A stretch of DNA of 64,000 bases from NCBI GenBank assembly GCA_000934665.2, contig JYFJ02001534.1, positions 1 through 64,000 of the forward strand, read 5' to 3'. Source of the DNA: Catajapyx aquilonaris. Lineage: Eukaryota. The position numbers were made by a program, and so were the translations under genes. Within the stretch, counting starts at the first letter, position 1. Each line of letters opens with the position of its first letter. Positions 1-13,285 of the stretch are shown here, in pieces. The notes under the pieces are model-generated. The model had not been told where the DNA came from. It worked only from the letters and a program-made list of their open reading frames with translations, and ran no database searches.

Positions 1-32
<32 letters not shown>
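1..32. repeat. (GT)n microsatellite, cut by the window edge
   Basis: Perfect GT dinucleotide run at 1-32. Confidence 0.98.
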
Positions 33-34
<2 letters not shown>

Positions 35-1990
35 AAAATGGAGCGTGTGGAGGAAAATTATTATCCGAAATCTGATACAGTACAGTGGCATAGCCTAATA
101 ATAATAGAGTGTATACAGTATTAGTGGGTGGAGATTATTATCATATGTACTTGTATAATCAGTAGCCTCTATTCAAGAACGACTAGCAAGCATGATAAAA
201 TGTGCAAACTTCCGAACCCTTGCTTACAACAAAGTAGGATAATGTCAGCATAAATTATAGAGTAATTTTAATTTAACGGAATTATTACTCACTGTGTATG
301 TACGCAGTCTAGCGTTTTGTTGATAACCTTGGTCACTGACATCCACTATAATTGTTTATCATCAAAATATTAGGTTAAGGGGGGTTCTTGTATAATGGGT
401 AATGGGAAATTCTAGTTTCACTAAATGTACACTCTAGCTGCAATATGATTATATGCAAAACCTGGTTAGCCTGCACTTATATTCATATTGCAAAATTTTG
501 CTCTTCGTTAAGTTTTTTAAAAGACCAATAATATCGTAAGAGCATTTATCCTTTCTTTGCAGTGCCCCCTCCACCCCAGTACCACCACTTTCCTTTGGAG
601 GCCATCCCTTCAGAAACTTTCCCATCGGAACCCAAAGTTGGGTTTCGGTCCATGAATCCCCTTCCCCCACCACCAATATTACGAGCTTCTTTGGAGGGGA
701 TATGAGGCACAACGGCTCATAATCACTTTCAGAGCGTTTTGAAATACTCAGCGTGGCAACCCGACCTCTCAAAAAAAAGGGCTGGGGGAAAAAAAAGTGT
801 AATGGGTTTCACGTCCAAAGTTTTTCCACTATGTATGTGCCGCAATATTTCAAAATTCTGCTGAGAAAATTTAGGAATTTTGCGAGACTTGCGTCAGATC
901 ATTGTTATGGGCGTCAATAAGGTTGTGACAGACTAATCGAATTCCGCCCTTACCTGCCATCCGCAGTGCAATGTACAGGGAAAGTCAAAATACTAATTGT
1001 TCTCTTTAAGTAATATCTGGTTGTAAGTTGAGTTTTATGCTCCAGTAATTTGATGTCATAATATGTGAAGATAATTACAGATCTTCACAATGTGTTTTTA
1101 TCGGGAAAATATGCTGTGTTTATATTGAATGTTTAATAAGCAGGCAAGAAAATGGTAATGAAAGATTGTAATTTTTTTATTCGACCAAATTAGCACAGAA
1201 CAAAGTTATAGTAATATTTATGTAACTTCCAGTACTTGCTGATAGCAGCTATGCAACAAGAGGCAATAAATTTTTTTGATTGCTTCTTCAGAAAGCTGAC
1301 GCATTGGCAATATCTTGTCTCATACTTTTCAGACAATGTTCCTGAAACATTGATGCCAATCTCTCGAGATAAGTGCAGGATGATTTGCTTACCTTTTATT
1401 TTTTTTGAAATCCCCGCGTACCCTCCTCGAATTCGCAAAATTTTTCTACCTGTTCCTGTTAGAGATTTTCCAGACAGAAGTGAAGTTTTTGGGAGGTAAA
1501 GAGTCAAAAAAGTGCGCCCCACTTGTTAGGAGATCCTCTACTTTTTGTTTGTTTAGAGCCCGCTGGGTTTGTTCCTTCGTTAGCATGCCCCGGTGGCTCT
1601 CTTCTTCCTATTCATGCTCCATGGGAAGTGTCCTCCAAAGTTTGCCGAGTTGTCGGTGTGTGCTAAAAGAATTAATTTCGTCCTGTGCCTGCCCAGCGAG
1701 AATCACTCCCCAACTTTTCCTCTCGAGACTAAATAGTTGATTACACGACAATTCCCTATCCCCCACCCCATGCCACTCCCTCTGGAACTACCTGTAGAGA
1801 TAATGAAGTTGAACCTTTCAACGTATTTTCGTCTTCTGGTACATTAGCCATAAAATCAACCAAACTACGTTTACAATCAGACAGTTCCAATATGCTGATT
1901 CTGCGCGTGTTGAGCGTGTAATGTGTACAACCTACACTGCTTGCGGGTAATTCTATCAATATTAACAATATGCATTTTCAGTAAGTTATA

Positions 1991-2122
1991 CAGGGTGTTC
2001 CAAGTTCGTGTGGCCTTTTATTAGTTATTGTTATTTCGCTCAAAGCTGTTATTTTTCCTGAAACAACTACTTCGGGCGATATTAGTGATGACTAAAACTA
2101 CCCACGAACTTGGAACACCCTG
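1991..2122. mobile_element. Tc1/mariner-type MITE (132 bp)
   Basis: 20-bp perfect TIRs CAGGGTGTTCCAAGTTCGTG / CACGAACTTGGAACACCCTG, with TA on both flanks (1989-90, 2123-24). Confidence 0.9.
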
Positions 2123-5100
2123 TATATCACAGGACTTAAGACTCTTAAGAGAGTCATGTTTACCCGCGTTTCCACGAGTTTCTTCACCTTGAGATTCAGA
2201 GCACTTATATCACATGACTTTGCATTTTATTCCAGCTTATATATGCCTATACACTATGCTGATGATCTTGCTATTCCAAATAAAAGAAACGCATGAATAA
2301 TATCTATATTTTGTTGAGTGCTGCCTGCGTGTATAGAAACTGCAGGATGAAGTGAACCTTTGAACTTCCATTCCAAGCCCAAATGATGTGTGCATAGGCT
2401 GATAATATTCCCACGATGGTTTTCTATTCATACGTGCAGGAGCGGCCTCCGCTTTTCCTTCCAATGGAGCTTCCTGGAGCTTGTAGAGCTCGGCCAGTCA
2501 ATAAAATGGTTGCCCTGAGCACTTCTACGTGTCATGCGTAGAACGATCCATACCGCCTCCCACAGTTTTTTTTTTATATTATATATATTTCCAACCGGTA
2601 CATGTACATGTCTCTTTTACACAAAGTGTATGTGTCGAAGATCTTGTCTTTTTGTCCAATCCTGTGGGACGTGGAAATTTATGACCTTTGTCTTTCAAAT
2701 TCTAAGCCATTTCAGGAGGACGGAAACGCATCTATCGACTGCGGAAGTAGAGCTAAGAGGAAATAACAAAATCTACTTGGAGTTCCATCGGAAAGGTCTT
2801 CCCAGACCATTTCGACGCCATCTCAAAAGAGGTGGACTCCACCCACTCCCTTTCTCCAGCCCCTCATTTCCACTTACCCCTACCCCCGCCCCCTTTTCTT
2901 TTTGAAAGGGAGAAAGGGCTGAAATGTCGAGTTCGATAGAAGCAAAGAACGGAGGTAATAAAAAACCCTAGATGTCTTAGAAACCTGACAGAACAAAGTT
3001 ATGCAGCTCTCTGTGTGTTAGGTGTGCAGAACATGTAAGTCTTAAAACGGACACCAGATGGCTCCATCTGATAGCCCTTTGTCTTTGGGCGCTGCAAATT
3101 GTAACAATTGAATAGCTTAAATGCCAACTTCTATCAGAATACTATAGGTTTTCTCAAAGTTATTAGGTTAACTAAATATAATTATGCAACCTCCAGTATT
3201 TTTGAGTTGTAGATTTTAACTCTAGAATTAGTATTAGTAGCGATATTATGAGGAATAGTGTTGATCCTGTATAAGTAAGAAAGGAGCCTATATATTCCCA
3301 AAGAGCCCATTGGAAAATCTGGCCACGGCTTCCCATACCGATATCATCAATGGCTTTTCCGATGCGCGAGGAGAGGGGGAGGGAAGGGGTTGGGAGGAGG
3401 TGGTGGTAGTCTGGGGAGGGAGGATAAGAAATCGATTTATCGAGCCATGATTGCTTTCCTATAGTGTGGGGAAGGCTGCCTAATGTACCGGCAGCACCTC
3501 TCACCCTACCACCCTACACACTTGTCAGTACCCCCCAACTCATTAATGCTCCACACTTAGCTGGTGTGACGTCAATGTGTGCTCACCTTGGTATTTTACG
3601 CACTTGCATTATTGAGTACATTACTATTTCACTCTCTCTTGCAGGCCTGTGTATATATACGAACCAGATGACGTCAAAGGGTTGTAAAAATTGGACAGTC
3701 GTACCCTAATTGATATAGACCTGAGAGTGAATAAACTTCAGGGTCCATTGCTTGGAAGTGATTGGACAGGAAGCACTGGCGTCATTCAAGCTCGCGTGTA
3801 TGATGCACGGGACATCACCAAGTGACATGTCTTTGACTTATGCAAACGCTGAGTGCACTAGTACAGTGACTCGAGTCTAGCAGAAATTGACGGAGGTTAC
3901 ATTCTTTATTACCACTTGGAAAGGTTTTTGCACGACCAGAAATGGCTGGAATGACGATTCATCTAAACATCAAAGAGGTTTCTACAGTGGCGCATAGGCA
4001 CTTGAAATAATCGTCATATTACACTGCGTCTATTGATATTCGTCTTCGCTTTGTTACTGTATAACGAACCTTTAATAATTAGAGTATAAGCTTACGCAAA
4101 GCGTATACTCAGTTGCCGGCTAGAGAATAGGAAGAGCTTCTTCCTTGGCTTCTTCAATTACCATTGAATTAGAAGAGAGCAAAGCCTCAGCTGATAGTAC
4201 ACAATGACATGCCGCAACTATAGGAAGACATTTGGACCTTTGTTAAACTACTGGAGGCTTGAAGTTTCATTACTTGTAGCAGCGGTTCAGAAATTTTTGC
4301 CTGAACATTTGTCTGTAGACTATACGTACTATACATACCAGCATAACCAAGTAGTCTCTCTGTACAAGTATTCGAGAAATGCAAAACGTTTGTTATGACA
4401 ATAAGGCTCCAGCAGTGAGTGAATAATAGTATTATCATTATTATTCATTGTTCCGAAACATGCATAACAATAAGAAACACATTTTCATTTGGATTTACTA
4501 TTGATGACGCATCCCAGCCTGAATGGTCTGTCGAACACCGCAATAAATGGCGATACATGATGTAACTTATTGCGGTTTATGATCGGTTGTTTTTCTGCAC
4601 TGCTTGTAAATCAACAAATATTATAAAACATAACTTAGTTATTGTCATTTGACAGTGCATTTGCAGTTTCAGTACCGGTACTGAAAATGTTTACAGCAAT
4701 AAAAACAGTCCAGTTGAGTAACTGGACCCAGTTATCGGCTCACCATTTAAAAAATCTTGCCTTGCCATAATTATTTATGAAATAAACACATCACACGTTC
4801 CCATTCTCATTTACTAAACAGTAGGACAATAATTACCACCCAAAAGCACGGCTTTGTAATAAAGTAACACTGTGTAGCTTGTTAGTTTATTACGACCGCT
4901 GAACTGTTCTTTACTTATGTCTCTCTCAGGTATATGCAGTATAGTGTACTCATGGTTAGGAGTCTACTTTAATTATAGAAGCTGTAGCTACGACAGTGAT
5001 AAAATTTAACACTATGTTGTGTGGTTTTTTTGTAACGAAAAAGGCAGAATTTTTAATATATAGTGACGCAGTATTTACAAGTACTTCACATATTGTAAAT

Positions 5101-5929
5101 AAAGACCTATCACTCTATCATGCTATAAATAAAATAATATAGGCCTATAGCATTTGAAAATGTTAGTCCCAGTGTGGACTACTTCAATTTCCCAAACTGA
5201 TTGATTTCAGCACTTCTATGGAAAAGTTCACATTCATTATAAATACATCTTATATGGGCACAAAAGGAAGATCACGTGTAGTAATTGGGTGAAAAGTCCA
5301 TAGAGAAGGCAAAGGCCATGTTTGCCTTTGGTGTAAAGAAAGGAACCCATCTTCTTTGTTACACAAGAGATAGAGACAATAAAGCCCGTGTGGGGAATAT
5401 GCTCTCCTTGTTGCACCGAAGGAAAAAAAAAACCTTATTCCCTCGTGGGACTAGTTTCCTTTGAGATCCCTGATGGCGCCCAGGAATTTCCTTTATTCTC
5501 CAACCAAACGGCAAGAGAGGTTGAGAAGCATGACGAAATCAACCCCTCCCCCATCCTCCCCCACCCTTCTTTTTCGCCAAAAAGTCCAATTTAGTCCTTT
5601 CCGTTTGGCCCCGACTGGAAAGCCACTTTGGGCTTATTCTTTTGTCCGTTACGCAAAAGATAGGCAACTACGTCAAATTGCCACATAGTATATCGAGTCA
5701 TCATTTTTACAAAATACCTTGCAACATACCTGACCTCAACATTATAAAATACTGCACTCAAAATAATTTCGGCTGTTTTAGTATAGCATTAATAAGCAGC
5801 CAGAAATCCCAGATTTTCTGTCTTCACCAACCATGTGTTTCCCAGTATGATATTCTAACCCGCATTTATTGATGAAAATCCTTATAAGAAGCATGACTTG
5901 GACGTTTGTCAGCCTGACTCTCCTCCACA

Positions 5930-6260
5930 CATTTCCCCTCCCAGCGTCGGCAGCATCCCAAATGACGTCAGGAGCGTCGGCGAAGAAGCGCGGGAGATTA
6001 ATCAATGCGCGGTGGTTCCCCCCCCCCCCCCCCCCCCCCCCCNCCTCCCGAACCCCTCGTCCTTCCTCCCTAGGGTCGCCATGGCAACAGCGTGCGGCCA
6101 GCCATCTCTTACTTGCCCAAAGTACAAAAGTGCAGGCTTTTCATGTGGTGCTATGGTTGGCAACCATGGGACTCCGAAACCTGGCAAAAGCTTAGGGCTA
6201 GGGGATTCTGTGTCTAAGTCATATCAAACTCGGGGATTATTTTCACGTCACGGGAATTAA
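5930..6260. promoter_or_regulatory. GC/CpG-rich regulatory-like island
   Basis: CRE TGACGTCA at 5963-70, poly-C run 6018-6045 (N at 6043), and RFX X-box-like GTCGCCATGGCAAC at 6075-88. Function is inferred only. Confidence 0.35.
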
Positions 6261-6910
6261 ACCTATGTCTAGGTCCGACCCAATGCTTTCTAAATTCATG
6301 GGACGATATTTTTTCCGATGTGAATGAGCTGTGGTTGCCTATATATGAGGTATGATTTATAGGTACAATAGTGCGCTTGTTAGTTGTGTGAAATAGTGTG
6401 GAAATCGTTGTTTTATTTGTATATGATTATGGCTGCAGGGTAATATGAACTAATTTTAGTTGAAAATTATTATTACATATCCCTGGTGTCTCTTTCGAAC
6501 TGATCAACCTGGATATGTCGACTGGGCAATATGGATTCGACAAGTATTAATATCCTTAACAACAACAATAATGATAAATAATCTATATTATTAAAAGTAA
6601 AAGCCGACTGTCGTGGAAACTCCTTCCGCACCGTACGGCCTACAGCTTTGCAAGTGGTGTCCAAATTTTGCCCGTGTTTTCTATATTTGCAAACCACTTT
6701 TGTTTTTTTTTGGAAACGGTGCCGAGAGACTTTGTAAAACTCAAAAAACGAAAAAAATACGACTTCGTCCGTTCCACGGAATTCCCATTTTCGCCGTTCC
6801 GAGCGCCTGGGCGCCACCTCCTGGGTGGCGACTCGCTTACTTCTGCACTTCACCATCGGTTGTCGCTTCGATGCCTAATTTTGTGCCAAATTTTGGCAAG
6901 TTGATGCCTA

Positions 6911-7200
6911 CTCTCTAAAAAAAATAGAGTTAAAAAAACTCAAGTTGGGTTCTTTTTAACTCTTTTAACCTTGAAAGTGGTCATTACCAAAAATGAGTTA
7001 TAATAACTCTTTCGCTGGAGTTAAAACAACTCTTTCAGTTCATTTCATCCTCCGAAAGAGTTATTCATTAACTCTTTCGGAGTTAGAAATGAACTAAAAG
7101 AGTTGTTTGAACTCCAGCAAGGAGTTATTATAACTCATTTTTGGTAATGACCACTTTCAAGGTTTAAAAGAGTTAATTTAACTCTTATTTTTTTAGAGAG
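6911..7200. mobile_element. Palindromic (foldback) MITE, 290 bp, TA flanks
   Basis: Termini CTCTCTAAAAAAA / TTTTTTTAGAGAG. Arms pair almost throughout, centre near 7065, with AACTC/GAGTT sub-repeats. TA at 6909-10 and 7201-02. Confidence 0.9.
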
Positions 7201-7204
7201 TAGT

Positions 7205-7365
7205 AAAGCTGTGTGAAGAAACGGGAGAACCCTTAGAAAAACGACGCGAACACAGAGAGAACTTGTCGAAAATATCTCGACACGATCCGTCCTATTCTGG
7301 GGATCAAACTAGGGATCTCAGAGGTGGAAAAGGTGTGGAGATAACCACTACAACACCGCGGGGTC
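7205..7365 (-). mobile_element. Degenerate tRNA-derived SINE fragment with a V/Meta-domain-like core
   Basis: Minus strand shows A-box-like GGTGTTGTAGTGGTTA and B-box-like AGTTTGATCCC, then GTTCTCTCTGTGTTCGCGTCGTTTTTCTAAGGGTTCTCCCGTTTCTTCACACA. This resembles, from memory, the V/Meta-SINE motif GTTCTCCCCGTG...GGGTTTCCTCCGGGTRCTCCGGTTTCCTCCCACA. Confidence 0.6.
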
Positions 7366-7893
7366 CTGAGGGGCTGCCTTATTAGATTAGTAAGCCCTTT
7401 TTGTTGTAGAAAAATAGGTCTGCGCTCGCTTTTTTAAGGCCGCTCAAAATACATACCATGGGATATAAATAGTGCTAGGCCGAGTTAGGTGGTGCGAGCA
7501 GGGACCGAATATACCCTTAGGTTATACCGGGTTATACACTATAGCGCAGGGTCATTTTGAAGTAGAAAAACTGCAAAAAAATGTGCAGCGTGGTCAATTC
7601 CCTTGGCGTTTTGTAGTCACTATGCGTTGGTCTATCTGATATGCTATTTTCGGATTTTTCCCATACTATGGGCAGGATGGTGTTAGAACTTACAGTATTA
7701 TGAATCAAAATAGCATCATGACTTGAAAATAATTAATAATTTCAAGCTGCTTACATTTTATCTCCTTTTGCCATATTAATCCATTAGTGGTGTGTATTAT
7801 AATTTACAAAATATTGTAAACTTAGTAGGCCTATACATGCAGGGCGTTCCAATCGGTTCCAATTTATTGAAATGAGCTCAGTGACTATAGTAG

Positions 7894-8105
7894 TAGGGCT
7901 GTGCGATATCCGAAATTGCATATCGACTTTCGATACTCAAAAAATATTGCGTCGAAGTCGATATATCGAAAATCGAAAAACCGACATTGAAAACCGACAT
8001 CGCAAAATATCGCAAACCGACATCGCAATATTCGATACATCGCAACTTCGATATTAGGAAAATATCGCATCGACACTCGATGTATCGAAATATCACACAG
8101 CCCTA
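7894..8105. mobile_element. hAT-type MITE with CGAT/ATCG sub-terminal repeats
   Basis: TIRs TAGGGCTGTGCGATAT / ATATCACACAGCCCTA. Right flank GTGACTAG vs left GTGACTA(tagtag), a slipped 8-bp TSD. Dense ATCG/CGAT array inside. Confidence 0.85.
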
Positions 8106-9048
8106 GTGACTAGCACGTTTTAGCATTAAACTGCTTATTTTTAAAGTTACTTTTGCTATCATTTTCACCTGAGTAAGACCCACTTTACCACAAATGACAG
8201 ACTACACCTGACAGCAGTATGATAGGCCTACATTACTGCCTTATGAACCTCGTTTGGATGAATTCATGCCTTGTCTTGCATTTTCTGTATAGTACAGTAT
8301 AGTGTACAGTATAATGTTGTACACAACGAAGTGTTGTACAGTACTATCACATATGTTATTAGCCAAAAATAAACAATTATTCTTCTTACCTGCCCCAACA
8401 CAGGGTAGTCTATACACCTTGCCAGGTTAAGAAGCACACTCAGCATGAAAACGTCGGAGGGATTTGGATACTAAAGATTGTGGCGGGAAGATGGGTATTC
8501 TGTCACTTGATGCATTTCGCTACTCTACCCTCCATTTAAGCTGGCACCTCCTATCAGATAATTTTCATGAGATAGTGGTTTTTACCTGTTACGCAGCACT
8601 TTTGCTAACTACTAAAAGCGACTGTTTCAAAACAAATATTGTAGTTTAGTGACAATAATTCACTAACCATATGTGATAATAATTTCAAATGATGGAACAC
8701 CTTGAGATTTTTGTCTTCTTTGCAGCATTGCTACTATAGATAGTGGTAATGTAATGTAATCATATTTCGCCAGAAACTTTCCAATACACTATTTTTTGTC
8801 ATTTAATATCGTTACGACCAATTGAAAAATTCGCATGTGTTAAAACTTTACCTTCTTTTTATGCAAAATAATGTTATTAGTAGGCCTAAACTTTCCACAT
8901 CTTAACAATGCGGGAATAAAATTACCATCTAGGTTTCCATTCTTGCAAGTGTAGAGTTTTAGGCTGTATTCTACTACTAAAATTGTCATTATTTCAACAA
9001 GTGCGTCATTGGCATTGCGCCATTACCGACATTCAAGGGTCATGTATT

Positions 9049-9403
9049 TTTTTAAATTATAATTATTTTTTACGTTACCCCGTGATAGGGCCATATGCCC
9101 TTTTAGGGGGGTGGAATACCTCCATCCTTCAATTTTCTTGTAATTTTTCTTCTGACTCCGGTGCAAGGATGAAAGGATATGGGGTAAGGATGAGGATTTC
9201 TGGGAAGGGGACACAGGTGCTAGTGCAATGTCTGGAAAGTGGTCATGTGCAGTCCTCCAGGAGGCTAGGTTGCCAAGACGCCTCCTAGGCGCGGGTCGGA
9301 GACCCGCTGACGCAGGCGGAAGGGAACTTCCGGGCGGAGATCGAACCCGGGACCTTCCGCACAGCAAGCCGAGACGTTACCATCTCGGCCACCACGCCTC
9401 CCC
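9049..9403 (-). mobile_element. Full-length tRNA-derived SINE
   Basis: Head GGGGAGGCGTGGTGGCCGAGATGG...GGGTTCGATCTCC. Tail ...CCCCCTAAAAGGGC...TATCACGGGGTAA plus A-rich end. 13-bp TSD AGGGTCATGTATT (9036-48, 9404-16). Confidence 0.9.
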
Positions 9404-10087
9404 AGGGTCATGTATTCAAATTGACACTTAAGACTTATTTGAAAATGATAATATTAAGTTATATGTAGGGGGAGACAGGAGCACAGTGCACACTTTTGCA
9501 TATTTGAATTTTTAGAGGAGTTCCTGTTATACCTACACAATATTCCGATGTTGCATCATTTCTATCTCCGGCATTTGGAAAATAATATTGTGAACCGGTA
9601 TTTTGAGCAAATTTGACGATACACTAATTTAATATTTGCAAGAGAGAAAAATGATAAAGATAGTAATTTATTCCCATAATTGTTGTGAAGGGGGTTGTGA
9701 AGGGTCCACAAAGCCCCAAAAAACTTACAGGCTTACACCATAATCACATTATAAAAACAAAATGTTAAATTACTGTAATACAAATTGCAGTCTGCAGACT
9801 GTCTGCAGAGGTTTTACTGATCGGATTTTTAAAAGTTCACAGCACACGCATTATGAATCTAATTACGTCATGTCTGACATTTAAACAATGTAGGCCTAAT
9901 TAGTTTTTCTGAACTAAAACATACAACTGACAGGTTACGTTTTTAATAGGCTGCACATTCTCTTCAAGTGTCACAGGTGATGCATTTGGTTTATAACATT
10001 TTTTGTTATCATAATAATTAACATTATGATAAAGATCTTGATAAAGATGCTGCTATCAGTCTTTTATCCACATTATACAATCTAGGC

Positions 10088-10113
10088 CAGGGGTGCCCAA
10101 TCTATGGCCCGCG
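10088..10113 (+). mobile_element. Isolated hAT-like terminal fragment
   Basis: CAGGGGTGCCCAATCTATGGCCCGCG is a typical hAT terminus. No partner end found. Confidence 0.45.
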
Positions 10114-10114
10114 A

Positions 10115-10336
10115 AAGGGAAGCTTCCCAAGGGAGAGCGCTCTTATAAGTAGTCATTTCTGATCCTCTTAAATACCAGACCTTTTCTCTTGACCCTGGGC
10201 AGAGAAGGGAGTGCAATTCTGCCCGGATATGTCGGGTGAAAAGCGGAAAAAGACCCGACCAAGCGAAGGTGACGGGGACGGTATTTGAACCCCGGACCTC
10301 CCGCCTGGCCAGTAGCATATAGCCACTAGACCACTA
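10115..10336 (-). mobile_element. tRNA-derived SINE, truncated; same family as 57418-57686
   Basis: Long alignment to 57489-57676 (TAGTCATTTCTGA...CCCTGGGCAGAG...GTGCAATTCTG...GAAAAGCGGAAAAAGACCCG). B box GGTTCAAAT on the minus strand. Confidence 0.85.
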
Positions 10337-12013
10337 GACTTCAGACAGAGTTTCAAAATGTGAAGAGTGGAAAATAATGATAAATGATCTAAGTGCCAAA
10401 AATAAAATTTTTGAGATTATGCACTAAAAGAGCTCTATGGGCCAAGGCCAATACTAATACGAAACCTCCAAATGCCCCAGATGGCTCATTTAATAGAAGG
10501 GATTCCCCAAAGATAGCCTTCTCAGACCCGAAAGAATTTTATTCAACATACATGCTCAAGATATTGTGTCCAGGTGTAAATTCGCACTGCGAACAGAAAA
10601 CCACCCTACACATTTTCAAAATTCTGCACCATTGTTGAGTTAGGGACTGTATTGCATGCAATGCATTGGGTCTTAGAACTTCTGATATAAAATGTGGTAT
10701 TGCGAGCAATACAAAACAACTTTCATATATCAACACCTCTTATTCTGTGGTAAAGTGCGAAACAGTTGCGGAATTTTTGACAAAGGAAAACGTTGAATTG
10801 GGTACACTTTGTACGCGAATAAAAATTTGCAGCTTTTTTTCTTGCATACATGTGTATACGTATGTTAGTATGATACATACATATGTGATTATTTTTGTTA
10901 TTATTGTCATTTCTGTTGCTGATAGAAAATGTTATAAAGTAAATATTCAATTAAAAATTAAAGTTAGAAAATGTCAATATGCCTCGCTAACAAAGATATA
11001 TAACATACTTTTGCTAGAAAAAAATTAAAATAGATGGTAAGTTTTCTTATTTTGATTAAACCTTAGTTAAATCAGCATAGACTATCATACAATAGTACAT
11101 GAAACCTGTGAATAGCTCTTTTTATGGTATCTACGACCATAAATATTGTATTTTGGGGTCTGTGCATTCTTTGAACCTTTTCTCCTATAGTTAACCCTTA
11201 CAATCATGAACACATTAATTTTGTAGCCTGTAATGGATATGGGCATCCATAAGTGCCACATGAATACCCATATTCACATGATAATAATAATGTTAGTGTG
11301 AGCTTCTGGCACTTAGACCTTTAATGAGGAAATTCCCCATGGCACACGACGTTCTTGTTTCGTCACATTAAATTTTTATTATAAAGCAGTGGTATGTGTT
11401 CACTACTATTGCATCTGGCCAAGTGGCTTGATTGTATGTTGCATCTGCCAAGTCATCATCACCAAGAAAGTAGAATTACGGATAGGACACTGACACAACA
11501 ATAGATTTTTCTCAGCTTCAAAAATGTGGCGCTTAGACCCTTTATCATTTCCATACTCTTCATATATTTCAATATTTCTGCATTCAAGAAAATATGATCC
11601 TGAATGTGGTAACTACCACTCCTTCTCTGATAATGTGATGGAAACTACAGAGTACCCCCAAACGGAAATGGCTGACTTTCAATAGTGTAATTATTATGAC
11701 CTGAAATTCATTTTTTTTAAATAACTCTTCTACAATTTTACCAAACTTATATACTGTAAACAGAGTCAGTGTTATCATTAACTGAATATTTCAACCCCTT
11801 CATGGTGATTGTAGGCTACCTTTTAAAAATACAGTACCGGTAAGTGTAAATGCAGTTGGTCTCCTTTTGTAAATTAATTGGTTTACAAAACAGTTATTTT
11901 TTGCCATTTAGCCCATACAGGTGTGCATATCAACAAAAATGAAAATGCAAATACTGTATTAACTAAGAATTTTTAGGAACTTTCATTTTAACCTTTATTG
12001 CTATCATTTTTTC

Positions 12014-12124
12014 TCTGACTGGGCAAGCGTTTAAAATCAAACCATTGAAATATGTGCCCAAAAAGCGTTAAAAATATTTTTGGTGCATATTTCAAAATTT
12101 AGATTCTGTACTTGCCCGGTCGGA
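12014..12124. repeat. Imperfect ~110-bp palindrome, probable MITE relic
   Basis: Outer arms TCTGACTGGGCAAG / CTTGCCCGGTCGGA and inner arms TTGAAATATGTGCCCAAAAA / TTTTTGGTGCATATTTCAA. Confidence 0.65.
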
Positions 12125-12974
12125 TGATCAATAATGCATTAGCTCCACATTAGGGCACTAATTATGATTGCAAAATAATCGAGTTTTGCAGCTTTGATGA
12201 GACAATCGTTCCCTCTGTTGTCGCCATTAGAAGACTTTTGAATAACGAGGCCCTTAACATTTTGATGGCACAATAGCTATCTTATACATACGCTTTATGG
12301 CATATTCCAGAATCTGCCTTTCAACAATATCTCACAACAATGTCCCATCCGAAGATTATTGCAAGGGAGAGTCTGTTCTGAGCACTCAAAAACCAGGAAG
12401 GATCCGATGCGTAATCAGTTTCCGATCACATCTACGTATAATGAAAGACAATCAATCAGACAGCTTCCAGGCAGAGTGACGTGAATCACACTCCTATTCT
12501 CGCCTGCTTAGCACAAAATCCGGGAACATAGATACAGTAATCATTGTCCAGCACGTGCCTAGAGGAGCCATCTGAAAGGCGGCGAGGAAAATGTGAACCT
12601 TGGAACATATATGAACCAGTGGCGCCAAACTGGGAAGTGCTTAAATTTTATGTGCAAGATATTCAAAACAATTATAATCACTCTTACAACGCTACATTTA
12701 GATATTTGCCTCACTATAACAGTGTCAGAAGATGAAATATTGTATTAGCAGAATTTATCCACATAATCAAAATTCTCTTCTTTATTTACTCAAAGTTACA
12801 GGAGTATCTGAAAATGTTGTAGGACTGTGTACTATAAGATAGAATTGGTAATTATACAGAATGTTTGGAAAAGATGATCCGGCGTGATACCACATGCAAA
12901 GGATTCTGAGGTAGGCTTACTGTAAGTCGTAGGCCTATGAAATATTATCGCAAGAATTACGGCTGAGGCACTAC

Positions 12975-13285
12975 AGCCTTGCAAAGTTTGGGAAAAAGCT
13001 TCTAATCGAAGCGACATACGACGGTGAAGCGCAGAAGTGCAGAAGTAAGCGAGTGTCCACCCATGAGGTACTACCCAGAACGGTGGAAATGGGAATTCCG
13101 TGAAAGGGTCGCAAATGTTTTTCACGTTTTTTGAGTTTTAAAAAGTCCCTCGGCACCGTTTCCAAAAAAACAAAAGTGGTTTGCAAATATAGAAAACACG
13201 GACAAAATTTTGACAGCACTCCCAAAGCTGTAGGACGTACGGTTCGGGAGGAGTTGCCATGACAGTCGGCTCTTAATAATATAGA
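12975..13285 (-). mobile_element. Second copy of the Helitron-like 5' end
   Basis: Reverse complement begins A|TCTATATTATTAAGAGCCGACTGTC and aligns to 6582-6900, then diverges after GCAAG. Confidence 0.75.

Larger units (their letters stand above)
6582..7543 (+). mobile_element. Non-autonomous Helitron-like element carrying nested insertions
   Basis: Starts A|TCTATATTATTAA. The first ~320 bp recur inverted at 12975-13285 with the same A|TC boundary. Candidate 3' hairpin CCC(tta)GGTTATACCGGG at 7514-7531 followed by CACTA (degenerate CTRR). The 3' end is uncertain. Confidence 0.6.

Noticed and set aside
4905..4936. Recursive splice site (pyrimidine tract, CAG|GTATAT), similarly at 42637
   Set aside because: Donor halves are weak and such matches are expected by chance. 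RNA data would be needed.
7872..8096. Overlapping repetitive ORFs or CRISPR-like repeats
   Set aside because: Sub-terminal ATCG repeats of a hAT MITE, with no repeat-spacer periodicity.
8389..8550. Minus-strand coding exon ending CAG|GTAAG
   Set aside because: All three frames contain stops.
12618..12635. LTR primer-binding site TGGCGCCAAACTGG
   Set aside because: No LTR pair or gag/pol remnant nearby.
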